A stretch of DNA of 64,000 nt from Patescibacteria group bacterium (GCA_023229115.1 JALNZW010000001.1:6861-70860); one strand, 5' to 3'; shown: positions 51,219-61,800, counted from the stretch's first letter. Made by a program: numbers and translations. The notes: generated by a model from the sequence alone, not told the origin.

Positions 51219-51950
51219 ATGATAAAAAGTTTTTTCAAAGACAAGAGAATAACTTCAGTTTTCATGATTGTTTTTATTCTAATTTTAACAATGATTGTTT
51301 TTGCTATCTATGGTGGCAATAAAATTAAGAGAGTGGTTGATACTATGAGCCCAGAAGAAGTTGCTTCAGTAGTGGAGGCGGGTAATTTTTTAGCTGATGG
51401 ATTAAGAGGAATGGACAACTCTGATATTATTCTTGGTAAAAAGAATGCCAAGATTAAGGTGATTGTTTATGAAGATTTGTCTAGCTATTATTCAGCTGAA
51501 TTTGACGAAACTTTAGATTTAATCAGAAGAGAAGTCGGCGATGATGTGGCTATTGCTTTTAGACCTTATGCGGACAAAATGTTTTCTAATTCTGTTTCTG
51601 TTAATTTATGGTCTCAATGTGCGAACGAACAGGGAAAATTTTTTGAAGCAAGAGATTTGCTTTTAGATGAAGTTAAAAAAGATTCATTATCAGTTGATTA
51701 TTTAGGTGACTATGGACAAAAAATTGGCTTAAATCAAGGTTTGATTGATGATTGTTTAAATAAAGAAAAATATTTACCTAGATTAGAGAAAATAAAATCT
51801 GAAGCTGAAAGATTTGACGTTTATGGTGTACCAACTATCTTTGTTGATAATGAAATGATTGTTGGTGCTAGATCTTTTAATGATACTGTTAATAATAATG
51901 GTGAAAAATTAGAAGGAATGAGAAATATAATTTATAGACATTTAAATTAA
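51219..51950 (+). CDS. DsbA/thioredoxin-like protein with the CxxC active site replaced by SxxS
   Basis: N-terminal TM. YEDLSSYYSAEF aligns to the usual DfqCPfC segment. SQCANEQGKFFE and GVPTIFVDN are conserved DsbA-like elements. Confidence 0.65.
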   Translation: MIKSFFKDKRITSVFMIVFILILTMIVFAIYGGNKIKRVVDTMSPEEVASVVEAGNFLADGLRGMDNSDIILGKKNAKIKVIVYEDLSSYYSAEFDETLDLIRREVGDDVAIAFRPYADKMFSNSVSVNLWSQCANEQGKFFEARDLLLDEVKKDSLSVDYLGDYGQKIGLNQGLIDDCLNKEKYLPRLEKIKSEAERFDVYGVPTIFVDNEMIVGARSFNDTVNNNGEKLEGMRNIIYRHLN

Positions 51951-51962
51951 TTTTTTAAAAAT

Positions 51963-52079
51963 ATGGATAATTTGTTTTTGTTATTTGGTTGGGGATCTCC
52001 AATTGGAACTGGCTTTTTCTTGGTTTGTCTTGGTTTGTTTATTTTTTTATTATCTAAGTCTGACAAGAAAAACAAATAA
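51963..52079 (+). CDS. possible 38-aa membrane peptide
   Basis: MDNLFLLFGWGSPIGTGFFLVCLGLFIFLLSKSDKKNK. It is below the ORF-track cutoff. Confidence 0.25.
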   Translation: MDNLFLLFGWGSPIGTGFFLVCLGLFIFLLSKSDKKNK

Positions 52080-52143
52080 AAAAATTTAGCCACGTAAATT
52101 ATCTTTCAAAAGGTTTAGGCGTGGCTTTATTAGTGATTTTCTA

Positions 52144-52169
52144 GGAGAGTTCGCATAGTGGTCTAGTGC
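52144..52169 (+). pseudogene. tRNA-Ser 5' fragment (positions 1-26 duplicated)
   Basis: GGAGAGTTCGCATAGTGGTCTAGTGC is identical to 52266-52291. No T-arm or 3' acceptor strand follows. Confidence 0.7.
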
Positions 52170-52197
52170 CAGTCTACGGCTGATCAGCCGTAGGCTG
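52170..52197. repeat. 28-nt near-perfect palindrome (core CTACGGCTGATCAGCCGTAG)
   Basis: The 20-nt perfect palindrome at 52174-52193 is extended by CAGT/GCTG, including one G-T pair. It abuts the tRNA fragment. Confidence 0.8.
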
Positions 52198-52265
52198 ACG
52201 CTAATATCAAATTAAATGTTTTATTAAATATTTTTTATAAAACCATGTTTTATACATAAAATTTT

Positions 52266-52353
52266 GGAGAGTTCGCATAGTGGTCTAGTGCGCACGCTTG
52301 GAAAGCGTGTATACCGCAAGGTATCAAGGGTTCGAATCCCTTACTCTCCGCCA
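52266..52353 (+). tRNA. tRNA-Ser (anticodon GGA), class II with long variable arm, CCA encoded
   Basis: Manual fold gives acceptor GGAGAGT/ACTCTCC, a D-arm, anticodon stem CACGC/GCGTG with loop TTGGAAA, variable arm ATACC-GCAA-GGTAT, T-arm AAGGG-TTCGAAT-CCCTT, and discriminator G plus CCA. Confidence 0.9.
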
Positions 52354-52381
52354 AGACAATTTAGTATCGGATAGACCCAAG

Positions 52382-52405
52382 AGCCTAGCTTATGCTAGGT
52401 TTTTT
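52382..52405 (+). terminator. rho-independent terminator after the tRNA
   Basis: AGCCTAGC-ttat-GCTAGGTT followed by a T-run. Confidence 0.7.
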
Positions 52406-52469
52406 GATATTATTTAGTAATTTTAATTTTAGCCTGAATAATTTAAAAAAAAGAGGTATAATTATATAT

Positions 52470-53372
52470 ATGAAGAAAGTAGGAAGAAATGATCCATGTC
52501 CATGTGGAAGTGGAAATAAATATAAAAAGTGCTGTATGAATAGTTTAAAAGAAGTTGGCGTTTTGCGCAAAGCTTATGATATAGGTAAAGATAAAGATTT
52601 TTACGCAAGGTTTTTATTTGGACTAAGTGATATAAGAAATTGTGTTTATAAGAATGATGAAAGATCAGAGTATGATAAAAGTTTTGACGCAGTGTTTCAA
52701 AATATACTGGAAATGCATATTGTTAAAAATAAATGTTTTGAACTGATTAGCAGACATTCCACAGCAATAGAAAAGGAAGAGGATGGGAAGTTTCATGGTA
52801 ATCAAATTGATGTAAATGAAGGAATCGATGATGAGTTAAATATTTTCTTTAAAGATTTTTTTATAAGAGGAGAGATGGCAATACAAAATTTAATCTCTCA
52901 CTCTCGATATATGGGTTCCAACATAAGCTTCTTTTTTACAGATGAGAAGAAAAAGTTTCGTAAAGGTTTGGATAAGTTTGTTTTAGAAGAAAATGATTCT
53001 AGATTTAAGGCCCTTAGCTTGTTTATAAAAGAACATAGAGCTGCTTGGTATGAATCTGTAAATGATTTACGTAATAAAATAGAGCATCAGGGATGGCGTT
53101 TGCCAATAATACGTTACAGCGTAAATGATATGGGAAAAGTTAAAATCATTTTACCGAAATTTTATGAACAAAGCATTGTGGATTTTCTAGAAAATATTTG
53201 GATAAATATAAGTACATTTTGTGAAGAGGTTATTGTTTTTCTTTTAAGTCTTAAATTAAAAAAAGATATGATTTTAGTTTTCATACCAGAAGAAAAAAGA
53301 GATAAGGATTTGCCAGTAAAATACATTGTTAGTCACAAAGATTTTCCTGGAGTTAAACTGCAATGCGGTTGA
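52470..53372 (+). CDS. SEC-C motif protein with a C-terminal RNxxxH (HEPN-like) motif, unknown function
   Basis: The N-terminus [18 protein letters not shown] is a SEC-C zinc motif. [10 protein letters not shown] is at 53067-53096. The start is set at ATG 52470, with TATAAT at 52457-52462. Confidence 0.65.
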   Translation: MKKVGRNDPCPCGSGNKYKKCCMNSLKEVGVLRKAYDIGKDKDFYARFLFGLSDIRNCVYKNDERSEYDKSFDAVFQNILEMHIVKNKCFELISRHSTAIEKEEDGKFHGNQIDVNEGIDDELNIFFKDFFIRGEMAIQNLISHSRYMGSNISFFFTDEKKKFRKGLDKFVLEENDSRFKALSLFIKEHRAAWYESVNDLRNKIEHQGWRLPIIRYSVNDMGKVKIILPKFYEQSIVDFLENIWINISTFCEEVIVFLLSLKLKKDMILVFIPEEKRDKDLPVKYIVSHKDFPGVKLQCG

Positions 53373-53437
53373 TAATGTTTTAACATTAATTTAAATAAAG
53401 CATTTATTTACATTTAGAAAGAGTTGCTAGTAAAAAA

Positions 53438-54802
53438 TTATAACATTAATAAAGATAATTTTTTATCTTTTAGCACAATCTTACTCCTTAAATTAACCAG
53501 TAACTCACGTTTCTCAATAGAACTTCCTTCTTTTAGCACGTATTTAGCATAAACCCGCATATCAACTGCGGGTTTTGTTTTTCTTTTAGGATTTTTATCC
53601 ATTAGGATCATGTTTTGAAACTTATTAAATCTATTAACCTCAGCTTCTAATTTAACTCTCATTCCAAGCTCATTAATATCTACTTTATCCATAATTTTTA
53701 AAAGCTCAAATATCAATTCTTCTTCTCTTATGTATTTATTTTTACAGAATCTGTCTCTTGCTCTTGAGCAACCATAATAAATGTAATGAGCAGTAGTTCC
53801 GTCTTTTAATTTTTTATACTTATCTTCTGCTGATATTCCTGATCCACAACATCCGCAAGTTATTAATTTAGTAAAAGCAAATTCTTTACTTTCTCTTTGA
53901 ATATTATCTCTTTTAAGTTGAGCTTTAGCTTTCTCAAATAAGTCTTGGGAGATAAGTGGTTTATGTTTACCTTGATACCAATTACCACTACCTTTTGGTC
54001 GTTCAAAGATTCCATAATAGAAAGGGTTATCTAATATTCTATATATTCCACTTAGTGTTAAAGGTTTATTACCTCTAGTATAGAAGTTGAGTTCATGTTT
54101 TAGCCAGTGATAGAGTTTTCGACCACTATATTTTTCATAAGCAACTTTTTCAAACATTTTCTTAATAGCGGGAGCTCTTAATGGATCAACAATAACTTGG
54201 CATTTTCTATCCATTCTATTTTGGTTTAGATATCCCAGTGGAGCAGGTCCAACCCATAATCCCATTTCACATCTAGTTCTTAGTCCTCTTTTAACATTAA
54301 TACTTCTGTTGTCATTTTCTAACTTTGCTTGTGATCCTAAAATCATTAAGAGAAATTTCTCATTGGGATTGTTAGTAAATTTTTGACTATGCGTTCTTAT
54401 CTCTTTTAATATTCCTTGATCTATTAAATCTACTACTTTTCCTAGGTCTCCTGCATTTCTAGATATTCTATCAGGAGCCCAGGTTAGTATGCTATTAAAT
54501 TTATTTTGCCTAATATCCTCAATTAATTCATTGAATATTGGCCTTTGACCTGTATCTTTGGCACTGTGAGATTCTCGTTTTATCTCTACAACATTTATAT
54601 TTTCCTTAGCAGCTAAATCTAGCATCTCTTTAATTTGGCTATCTATTGATAGCACCTGTCTTTCCTCTGATTCCGTTGATTTTCTTGCGTAAAGGCAATA
54701 TCTTAGCGGAATTTCGCTAACGCTTGAATTTGCCCCATTAGGGCTTGAAATTAGCCCAGTTTGGCTCTTAGTTGTCATTAATTGTTTAAAATCTTGTATC
54801 AT
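53438..54802 (-). CDS. large serine recombinase (integrase)
   Basis: Resolvase catalytic domain (YARKSTESEERQVLSIDSQ), a recombinase domain, and a zinc ribbon (CGCCGS...YYGCSR). Confidence 0.9.
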   Translation of the reverse strand: MIQDFKQLMTTKSQTGLISSPNGANSSVSEIPLRYCLYARKSTESEERQVLSIDSQIKEMLDLAAKENINVVEIKRESHSAKDTGQRPIFNELIEDIRQNKFNSILTWAPDRISRNAGDLGKVVDLIDQGILKEIRTHSQKFTNNPNEKFLLMILGSQAKLENDNRSINVKRGLRTRCEMGLWVGPAPLGYLNQNRMDRKCQVIVDPLRAPAIKKMFEKVAYEKYSGRKLYHWLKHELNFYTRGNKPLTLSGIYRILDNPFYYGIFERPKGSGNWYQGKHKPLISQDLFEKAKAQLKRDNIQRESKEFAFTKLITCGCCGSGISAEDKYKKLKDGTTAHYIYYGCSRARDRFCKNKYIREEELIFELLKIMDKVDINELGMRVKLEAEVNRFNKFQNMILMDKNPKRKTKPAVDMRVYAKYVLKEGSSIEKRELLVNLRSKIVLKDKKLSLLML

Positions 54803-55010
54803 ATAGTCTTGTTAACTGCTATCTACTAGATTAATGACGTATAAGGGGATATATGTCTAGAGCCATAAAGTTGATAAGATGTAGATAAATAGGCTATTTA
54901 TTTCTCTAAGATTCAATAAAATTTAAATTGATTTTTTAGTAAATTTATGATAAATTAAATGTAAAGAATTAATAAATAAATTCTGATTATTTTTTATTAA
55001 ATTAATTTAT

Positions 55011-56528
55011 ATGGCTAAAGAAAAAGAGAAAAATGGAAAATTTGAAGCACAGCTTTTTAAGGCAGCGGATAAACTTCGTAAAAATATTGATGCGGCAGAA
55101 TACAAGAATGTTGCTCTTGGGTTGATTTTTCTTAAATATATTTCTGAAAGTTTTCAAGAGTTGTATGACAAACTCTCACAAGATGAGTTTTCTGACCCAG
55201 AAGATAGAGATGAATATAAAGCGGAAAATATCTTTTTTGTACCTGAAAAAGCAAGGTGGAAAAACTTACAAGCCAAAGCAAAATTACCAACTATTGGACA
55301 AGAGCTTGATGATGCAATGGAGGCGATAGAAAAAGAAAATTCCGAACTTCGTAATGTTTTGCCAAAAGTATTTGGAAAGCCAAATCTTGATACAACTTCT
55401 CTTGGTCAATTGATTGATCTTATTTCAAATACAGAGCTCAAAGCAACTAGTGAAAACTCTAAAGATCTTTTTGGTCGTGTGTATGAATATTTTTTGGGTG
55501 AATTTGCCAACGCTGAGGGAAAAAAAGGAGGACAATTTTACACTCCTAAGTCTATTGTAAAACTGATGGTTGAGATGATCGAACCATATAAGGGTCGTGT
55601 CTATGATCCGGCCTGTGGTAGTGGTGGCATGTTTGTTATGAGTGAAAAATTTATTCAAGAACATCGAGGAAATATTAAAGACATTACAATTTATGGACAA
55701 GAATCAAATCAGACCACTTGGAAATTATCTAAAATGAATCTAGCTATCCGAAATATAAATTCGCAATTTGTTGTTTGGAACACAGGAGGAAGTTTTTTAA
55801 AAGATGCTCATCCTGATCTCAAAGCTGACTATATTCTAGCAAATCCTCCGTTCAATCAGTCTGATTGGGGACGAGAAATTTTACAAGATGATGCAAGGTG
55901 GAAATATGGAGTACCACCAAATGGAAATGCTAATTTTGCTTGGATGCAACACATGCTTTATCACCTAGCATCTAATGGGGTAATGGCAACTGTTTTGGCA
56001 AATGGAAGTCTTAGTTCTAATACTTCAGGTGAAGGAGAGATAAGAAAAAATCTGATAGAAAATGACTTGGTAGAATGTATTGTGGCTCTTCCAAAACAAC
56101 TTTTTTATAATACTGGAATCCCTGCTTGTATTTGGTTTCTTCGTAGAGAAAGACAAGTCAGAAAAAACGAGATTCTTTTTATAGATGCTTCAGAAATGGG
56201 TTTTTTGAAAGATCGTGTTCATAGAGAATTTACAGATGAAGATATGGATAAAATAAGCGAAACATATCACAACTGGAAAAAAAATTCGGAGAAATATGAA
56301 AATATCAAAGGCTTTTGTAAGTCTGCAAAAAGAGGTGAGGTGGAAAAAAACAACTTTGTGTTGACTCCTGGCCCTTATGTTGGAATTACCGATGCAATAG
56401 ATGACGGCATTCCTTTTGAGGAAAAGATGGAAAAATTGACAAATATTTTAAAAGAACAGTTTGCTAAGGAAGAAAAAATGAATGAAGAGATTAAAAAACA
56501 AATGAAAAAAATAGGTTTTAGTATCTAA
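55011..56528 (+). CDS. hsdM: type I R-M DNA methyltransferase subunit M
   Basis: LFKAADKLRKNIDAAEYKNVALGLIFLKYISE, DPACGSGG and NPPF. Confidence 0.95.
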   Translation: MAKEKEKNGKFEAQLFKAADKLRKNIDAAEYKNVALGLIFLKYISESFQELYDKLSQDEFSDPEDRDEYKAENIFFVPEKARWKNLQAKAKLPTIGQELDDAMEAIEKENSELRNVLPKVFGKPNLDTTSLGQLIDLISNTELKATSENSKDLFGRVYEYFLGEFANAEGKKGGQFYTPKSIVKLMVEMIEPYKGRVYDPACGSGGMFVMSEKFIQEHRGNIKDITIYGQESNQTTWKLSKMNLAIRNINSQFVVWNTGGSFLKDAHPDLKADYILANPPFNQSDWGREILQDDARWKYGVPPNGNANFAWMQHMLYHLASNGVMATVLANGSLSSNTSGEGEIRKNLIENDLVECIVALPKQLFYNTGIPACIWFLRRERQVRKNEILFIDASEMGFLKDRVHREFTDEDMDKISETYHNWKKNSEKYENIKGFCKSAKRGEVEKNNFVLTPGPYVGITDAIDDGIPFEEKMEKLTNILKEQFAKEEKMNEEIKKQMKKIGFSI

Positions 56529-56539
56529 TAATAAAGGAT

Positions 56540-57745
56540 ATGACTGAAAAAAAATTAAATACTAAAAATAATAAAAATCTACCTCCGATTAATTGGGTAG
56601 AAACAACTTTGGGAAAGGTTATAAAAATTGGAAGAGGGTCATCACCTAGACCAATCCAAAATTATATCGTTGAAAAAAAAGGTATTCCTTGGGTAAAAAT
56701 TGCAGACGCAACAGCATCCCGTAGTAGATATATAGAAAAAACAAAAGAATTCATTAAAGAAGAAGGAAGAAGTACGTCTGTCTCTCCTGGTGATTTAATA
56801 GTTTCAAATAGCGCAACTCCAGGTATTCCAAAATTTATGAAAATTGAGGCATGCGTTCATGATGGTTGGTTAGTTTTTAGTGAGTACAAAAATCTTGATA
56901 AATTATATCTTTATTACTTTTTCCTTGATTATAGAATAAGATTAGAACGATCTGCATTTGGTACAGTTTTTAAAAATTTAACAACAGAAATTGTAAGAAG
57001 TGTTCCAATTTTTCTTCCCCCTCTCCGTGAACAAAAAGCCATTGCTTCGTTGCTTTCGGCTTATGATGACAAGATTGAGCTTTTGAAATATCAAAACAAG
57101 ACGCTGGAAGAGATTGGGCAAGTAATTTTTCAGGAGTGGTTTGGGAAGTATGAATTGGATGATTTTATAAAAGTTCAGGAAATTTTAGAGTTTGAAAAAG
57201 GAGTTGAAATTGGATCAAATAATTATTTTGTTAATAAAAATGATTTAGAAAAACCAGAAATGTTTTATAGAGTTGGAGATATAGCAAATAATGGAAATAA
57301 TTCATCTATTTATTGTGAAAAAGATTTATTGAAGGGTAAAATATTTAAAAACGATGATGTTTTAGTAAGCTTTGATGGAACAGTTGGAAGGGTTTTTATA
57401 GGCGGAAATGGTGGTTATTCTTCTGGAATTAGAAAGATTTTTGATAAAAATGTAAATATTAAAAATTCATTTTTATATTTTTGGGCAAAATCAGAACAAG
57501 TTCAAGAAACAATAAATTTATATTCAGAAGGAACAACAATTCAGCATGCTGGTAGGTCAATTCCGTATTTAGAAATTATTTCTAATCGAGAAAATATTGA
57601 TGAAATAACAGAAAGTTTAAACCCAGTTTTTATAAAGATTTTAGAAAATCTTAATCAAATAAGAATACTTTCAAGCGCTCGTGATGAAATTCTGCCAAAA
57701 CTTATGTCCGGAATTGTTAGAGTTAATGATTTTAGTAGTAATTAG
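56540..57745 (+). CDS. hsdS: type I R-M specificity subunit S
   Basis: Two TRDs separated by LPPLREQKAIASLLSAYDDKIELL, with a C-terminal conserved helix RDEILPKLMSG. Confidence 0.9.
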   Translation: MTEKKLNTKNNKNLPPINWVETTLGKVIKIGRGSSPRPIQNYIVEKKGIPWVKIADATASRSRYIEKTKEFIKEEGRSTSVSPGDLIVSNSATPGIPKFMKIEACVHDGWLVFSEYKNLDKLYLYYFFLDYRIRLERSAFGTVFKNLTTEIVRSVPIFLPPLREQKAIASLLSAYDDKIELLKYQNKTLEEIGQVIFQEWFGKYELDDFIKVQEILEFEKGVEIGSNNYFVNKNDLEKPEMFYRVGDIANNGNNSSIYCEKDLLKGKIFKNDDVLVSFDGTVGRVFIGGNGGYSSGIRKIFDKNVNIKNSFLYFWAKSEQVQETINLYSEGTTIQHAGRSIPYLEIISNRENIDEITESLNPVFIKILENLNQIRILSSARDEILPKLMSGIVRVNDFSSN

Positions 57746-57753
57746 AAATTTAT

Positions 57754-58776
57754 ATGGAAAAAGTAATTTTTGATACAAATATTCTTAGAAATTTAGAACC
57801 TAAAAATTTTCTTGGTGGTAGAGATGAGTTAAAAAAATTTTCCGAGGTAGCAGAAATTATTTTCCCTGACTTGGTGATAGAAGAGTTAAAATATCAAAAA
57901 AGGAAACAACTTGAAAAACATAAAAAATCATTTTTGGACAATCCATTTCATTGGTTAATAAAGATTAACCAACAAGATATAGAAAAATTTGACAATGAAG
58001 CTCATATTACGGATCTGGAAAATAGCGAAGACATAAAATATACTGTTATAAGGTTACAAGATTATTCAATCTTGGAGCGAATAAAAGTGTTAGCGCTTAA
58101 AAAGATTTCTCCATTTGAAAAAGGAGATAATACAGATAAGGGATTTAAGGATGCTTATATATATTTTACAATCTTAGAATATTTACAAACAATTGCAGAT
58201 AAACATATTTTTGTTTGCACGAAAGATGGAAGATTAAAAGAAGCATTACAAAAACATTCTAATATTAAGACTGTACAAAACTTTGAAGAATTTGAAAAAT
58301 ACAGTGTTACATCTTTTTATGATGAATATTTTATAAACAAGCTAAAAGAATCTGTTCATTTAGATATAGTAAAAGATAGTATAAAAGATTTTTGGTTTGG
58401 CGCAGAAGAAAACCAATTTTTATTAATAGAGGTTGAAGATGAAAAATTGGTAATTGAAATAGATCAAAGAGAGATAGTTTCTAATATTAACTACAATTTA
58501 ATCAAAGATGATATAGAAAAAATAATAGTATCTGATAATTGGAAAAACACCCATGCTAGGTGTAAAAATATTTTGTTAAATGTAAAATATATAACACCAT
58601 CTGATTCAAAAAGATTATTTAGTGCTTTACTCGATAATGACCAGATTTATGAAACTTATAGTTATGGCGTACAAAATTTTTACAATAAATTATTTAAAAT
58701 TCATTATCATTTATTAGATCATAGTGATTTAGAAAAAATGAAAAGTGAGTTTAAGCTATATTATAGTAATGATTAA
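57754..58776 (+). CDS. PIN-like domain (PIN_12/DUF4935-type) protein with an unknown C-terminal half
   Basis: Acidic-residue spacing VIFDTNIL ... VIEEL ... FKDAYIYFTILEY ... VCTKDGRL fits a PIN fold. It is inserted between hsdS and hsdR. Confidence 0.6.
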   Translation: MEKVIFDTNILRNLEPKNFLGGRDELKKFSEVAEIIFPDLVIEELKYQKRKQLEKHKKSFLDNPFHWLIKINQQDIEKFDNEAHITDLENSEDIKYTVIRLQDYSILERIKVLALKKISPFEKGDNTDKGFKDAYIYFTILEYLQTIADKHIFVCTKDGRLKEALQKHSNIKTVQNFEEFEKYSVTSFYDEYFINKLKESVHLDIVKDSIKDFWFGAEENQFLLIEVEDEKLVIEIDQREIVSNINYNLIKDDIEKIIVSDNWKNTHARCKNILLNVKYITPSDSKRLFSALLDNDQIYETYSYGVQNFYNKLFKIHYHLLDHSDLEKMKSEFKLYYSND

Positions 58777-58802
58777 GCTTTTTGAGAATTAATTAAAATA
58801 TT

Positions 58803-61800
58803 ATGACCACACTAAACGAATCAAATATCGAACAAAATCTTATAGACTTGCTCACAGCACAAGGATATATGTATTTTTATGGTCCAGATATTGCTCCTTA
58901 TTCTGCTAATCCTCAAAGAGAAAGTTTTGCTTCTGTTGTTTTAGAAAGTCACCTCAAAGAATCTTTAAAGAGGCTTAATCCTGATATCCCAGAATCTGCG
59001 CGACAAGAAGCGTGTCAACAAATTGTTAATCTGGGCTCTCAAGACTTAATGGCAAATAATGAAAAGTTTCACAATTTTCTCACTGATGGAATTACAGTTG
59101 AATATTTTAAAGATGGGAACACTAAAGGAATTAATGTTAAACTTCTTGACCTAGAAAATATAGAGAATAATAGTTTTTGGGCAGTTAATCAATTTGTTAT
59201 TAAAGAAAATAATAATGAAAAAAGGCTTGATGTCGTAATTTTTGTAAATGGAATCCCTTTGGTTGTAGTGGAACTTAAAAGTGCCATTGACGAAAAAGCG
59301 ACGTTAGATAGAGCTTTTACTCAAATTCAAAATTATAAGAAAGCTGTGCCTAGTATTTTTTACTATAATTCATTATGCGTTATTTCCGATGGAATAGATG
59401 CTAGATCCTCTAGCATCTCTGCTCCTTTTTCTCGTTATCTTGCATGGAAAAGTCCTGAGAAAATAGAAAACGGAAAGCTTACAGAAATGCAGATTATGGT
59501 AGAAAGAATGCTTAATAAAGAAGTATTACTTCGTCTTGTCAGATATAATACAGTTTTTGAAGAAGAAGAAATAAAAGATGAAAAAACAGGACTTTTGTCA
59601 GTTATAAAAGTAAAGAAAATCGCAGCATATCATCAATATTATGCCGTAGAGAAAGCTATTAGAGAAACTCTTCGAGCTACTAATTCAGACATAGGCGACA
59701 GAAAGGTTGGAGTAGTTTGGCATACCCAAGGATCCGGAAAGTCTCTCTCTATGGTTTTTTATACTGGACAAATTGTTGTTCAACCAGAAATGAAGAATCC
59801 AACTATTGTGATTTTAACCGATAGGAATGATCTTGATGATCAACTTTTTGGAACTTTTGGAAATTGTAAACAATTGCTTAGACAAACACCTGTGCAGGCG
59901 GAAAATAGAGAGCATTTAAAAGAGCTTCTTAAAGTTTCTGGAGGGGGAATTGTTTTTACCACTATTCAAAAATTTGCCCCAAGCGAAGGAAATGTTTATG
60001 AAACTTTATCTGAAAGATCAAATATTGTAGTTGTAGCAGATGAGGCTCATCGAAGCCAATATGGATTCAAAGGAAGAGAGGTAGAGACAGAAGATGGATC
60101 AGAAATCAGATATGGAAACGCAAAGTATTTAAGAGATGCTCTACCAAAGGCCTCTTTTATTGGGTTTACTGGGACTCCGATAGAAAAAGAAGACAGGTCA
60201 ACTAGAAATGTTTTTGGCGATGAGATAGATATTTACGATATTAAACAAGCTGTAGATGATGGAGCAACTGTACCAATCAATTACGAATCAAGGCTTGTGA
60301 AGATTAGGCTTAACAAAGAAGTGGTAGATAAAATTGATTATGCAGTTGATGAAATTCCAGGGGCGACAGAAGAGCAAAAAGAAAAAGCTAAAAAGAAAAA
60401 TGCTAAAATAGATGCAATAGTTGGGCATCCCGAAAGATTGCAAGATATTTCAAAAGATATTGTTTCTCATTTTGAAGCAAGACAAAAAACTTTTGAAGGT
60501 AAAGCAATGGTCGTGTGTATGACAAGACAAATTGCAGTATGGTTGTACCAAGAAATTATTAATCTTCGCCCAGATTGGCATAGTGAGGATTTGGATAAAG
60601 GTAATATAAAGATAGTAATGACATCTTCCTCTGACGATCCAGAAAGCTTTCAATCGCATCATACTAGTAAGAGTGATCGTAAGAAATTAGCTAATAGATT
60701 TAAAAATGAAAATGATGAATTAAATATCGTTATTGTTCAGTCTATGTGGCTCACAGGTTTTGATGTTCCTTGTTTACATACCATGTATATTGATAAAAAA
60801 ATGCAAGGCGCAAACCTAATGCAAGCCATTGCTCGTGTTAATCGTGTGTACAAAGATAAGCCAGGTGGACTTATTGTGGATTATATTGGAATCGGGCAAG
60901 ACCTTAGAAATGCAATGGGCGTCTATATTAAAAGTGGCGGAGAAGGAGAAGCCGTGCTTGATATTGCTGAAATTATAGCAGGAATGAAAACAAAGTTTGA
61001 AATTGTGGAACAAATGTTTCATGGTTTTGAATATAAAAAATATTTTAAATCTGAAAATAATGAGAAATTAAAAATCATTCTTGGTGCTACCAACTTTATA
61101 TTGCAAGATGAAAAGCTAAAAAATAGATTTATTGCTGAAATTACTGCATTATCAAAACTTTTTGCAATGGCAGTCCCTAGTTTTGAATCAGAGCAAATAA
61201 GAGATGAAGTTGCCTTTTTTCAATCAATAAAAGCTCGTATTAATAAATTTACTCCAAGTGGAGGAAAGTCAGATAAACAAGTAGAAACAGCGGTTAAGCA
61301 AATAGTAGATGAAGCACTCGCAAGTGACGGAGTTGTGGATATATTTGAGGCCGCAGGAGTAAAAACTCCAACACTTGATATCTTGTCAGAGGAATTTTTG
61401 CTTGAAGTTAAAAATATGGAGCAAAAAAATCTTGCTTTTGAGTTACTTCGTAAATTATTGAATGATGAAGTAAAAATTAGAAAAAGAAAAAACATGACAC
61501 AGGGAAAAATATTCTCCGAGATGTTGGAAAATATAATTAAAAAATATCATAATAATCAAATTGATACGGCTCAAGTTATTCAAGAGCTTTCAGAAATTGC
61601 TCGTGAGATGAAATTAGAAGATAAAAAAGCAGAAGATATTGGACTTACGCCAGAGGAGTATGCTTTCTATTCAGTACTTTCAGAAAATGATTCAACTAAG
61701 TTTTTAGAAGATCATAAGATGAAAGAATTAATTCATGTAATAGTTGATATTATTAGAAAAAATGCAACAGTAGACTGGGAAAAAAGAGAAGATGTTAGAG

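Noticed and set aside
52080-52143. AGCCACG...CGTGGCT inverted repeat after the 38-aa ORF, considered as a terminator.
   Set aside because: A 7-bp stem with a ~25-nt loop and no T-run is too weak to call.
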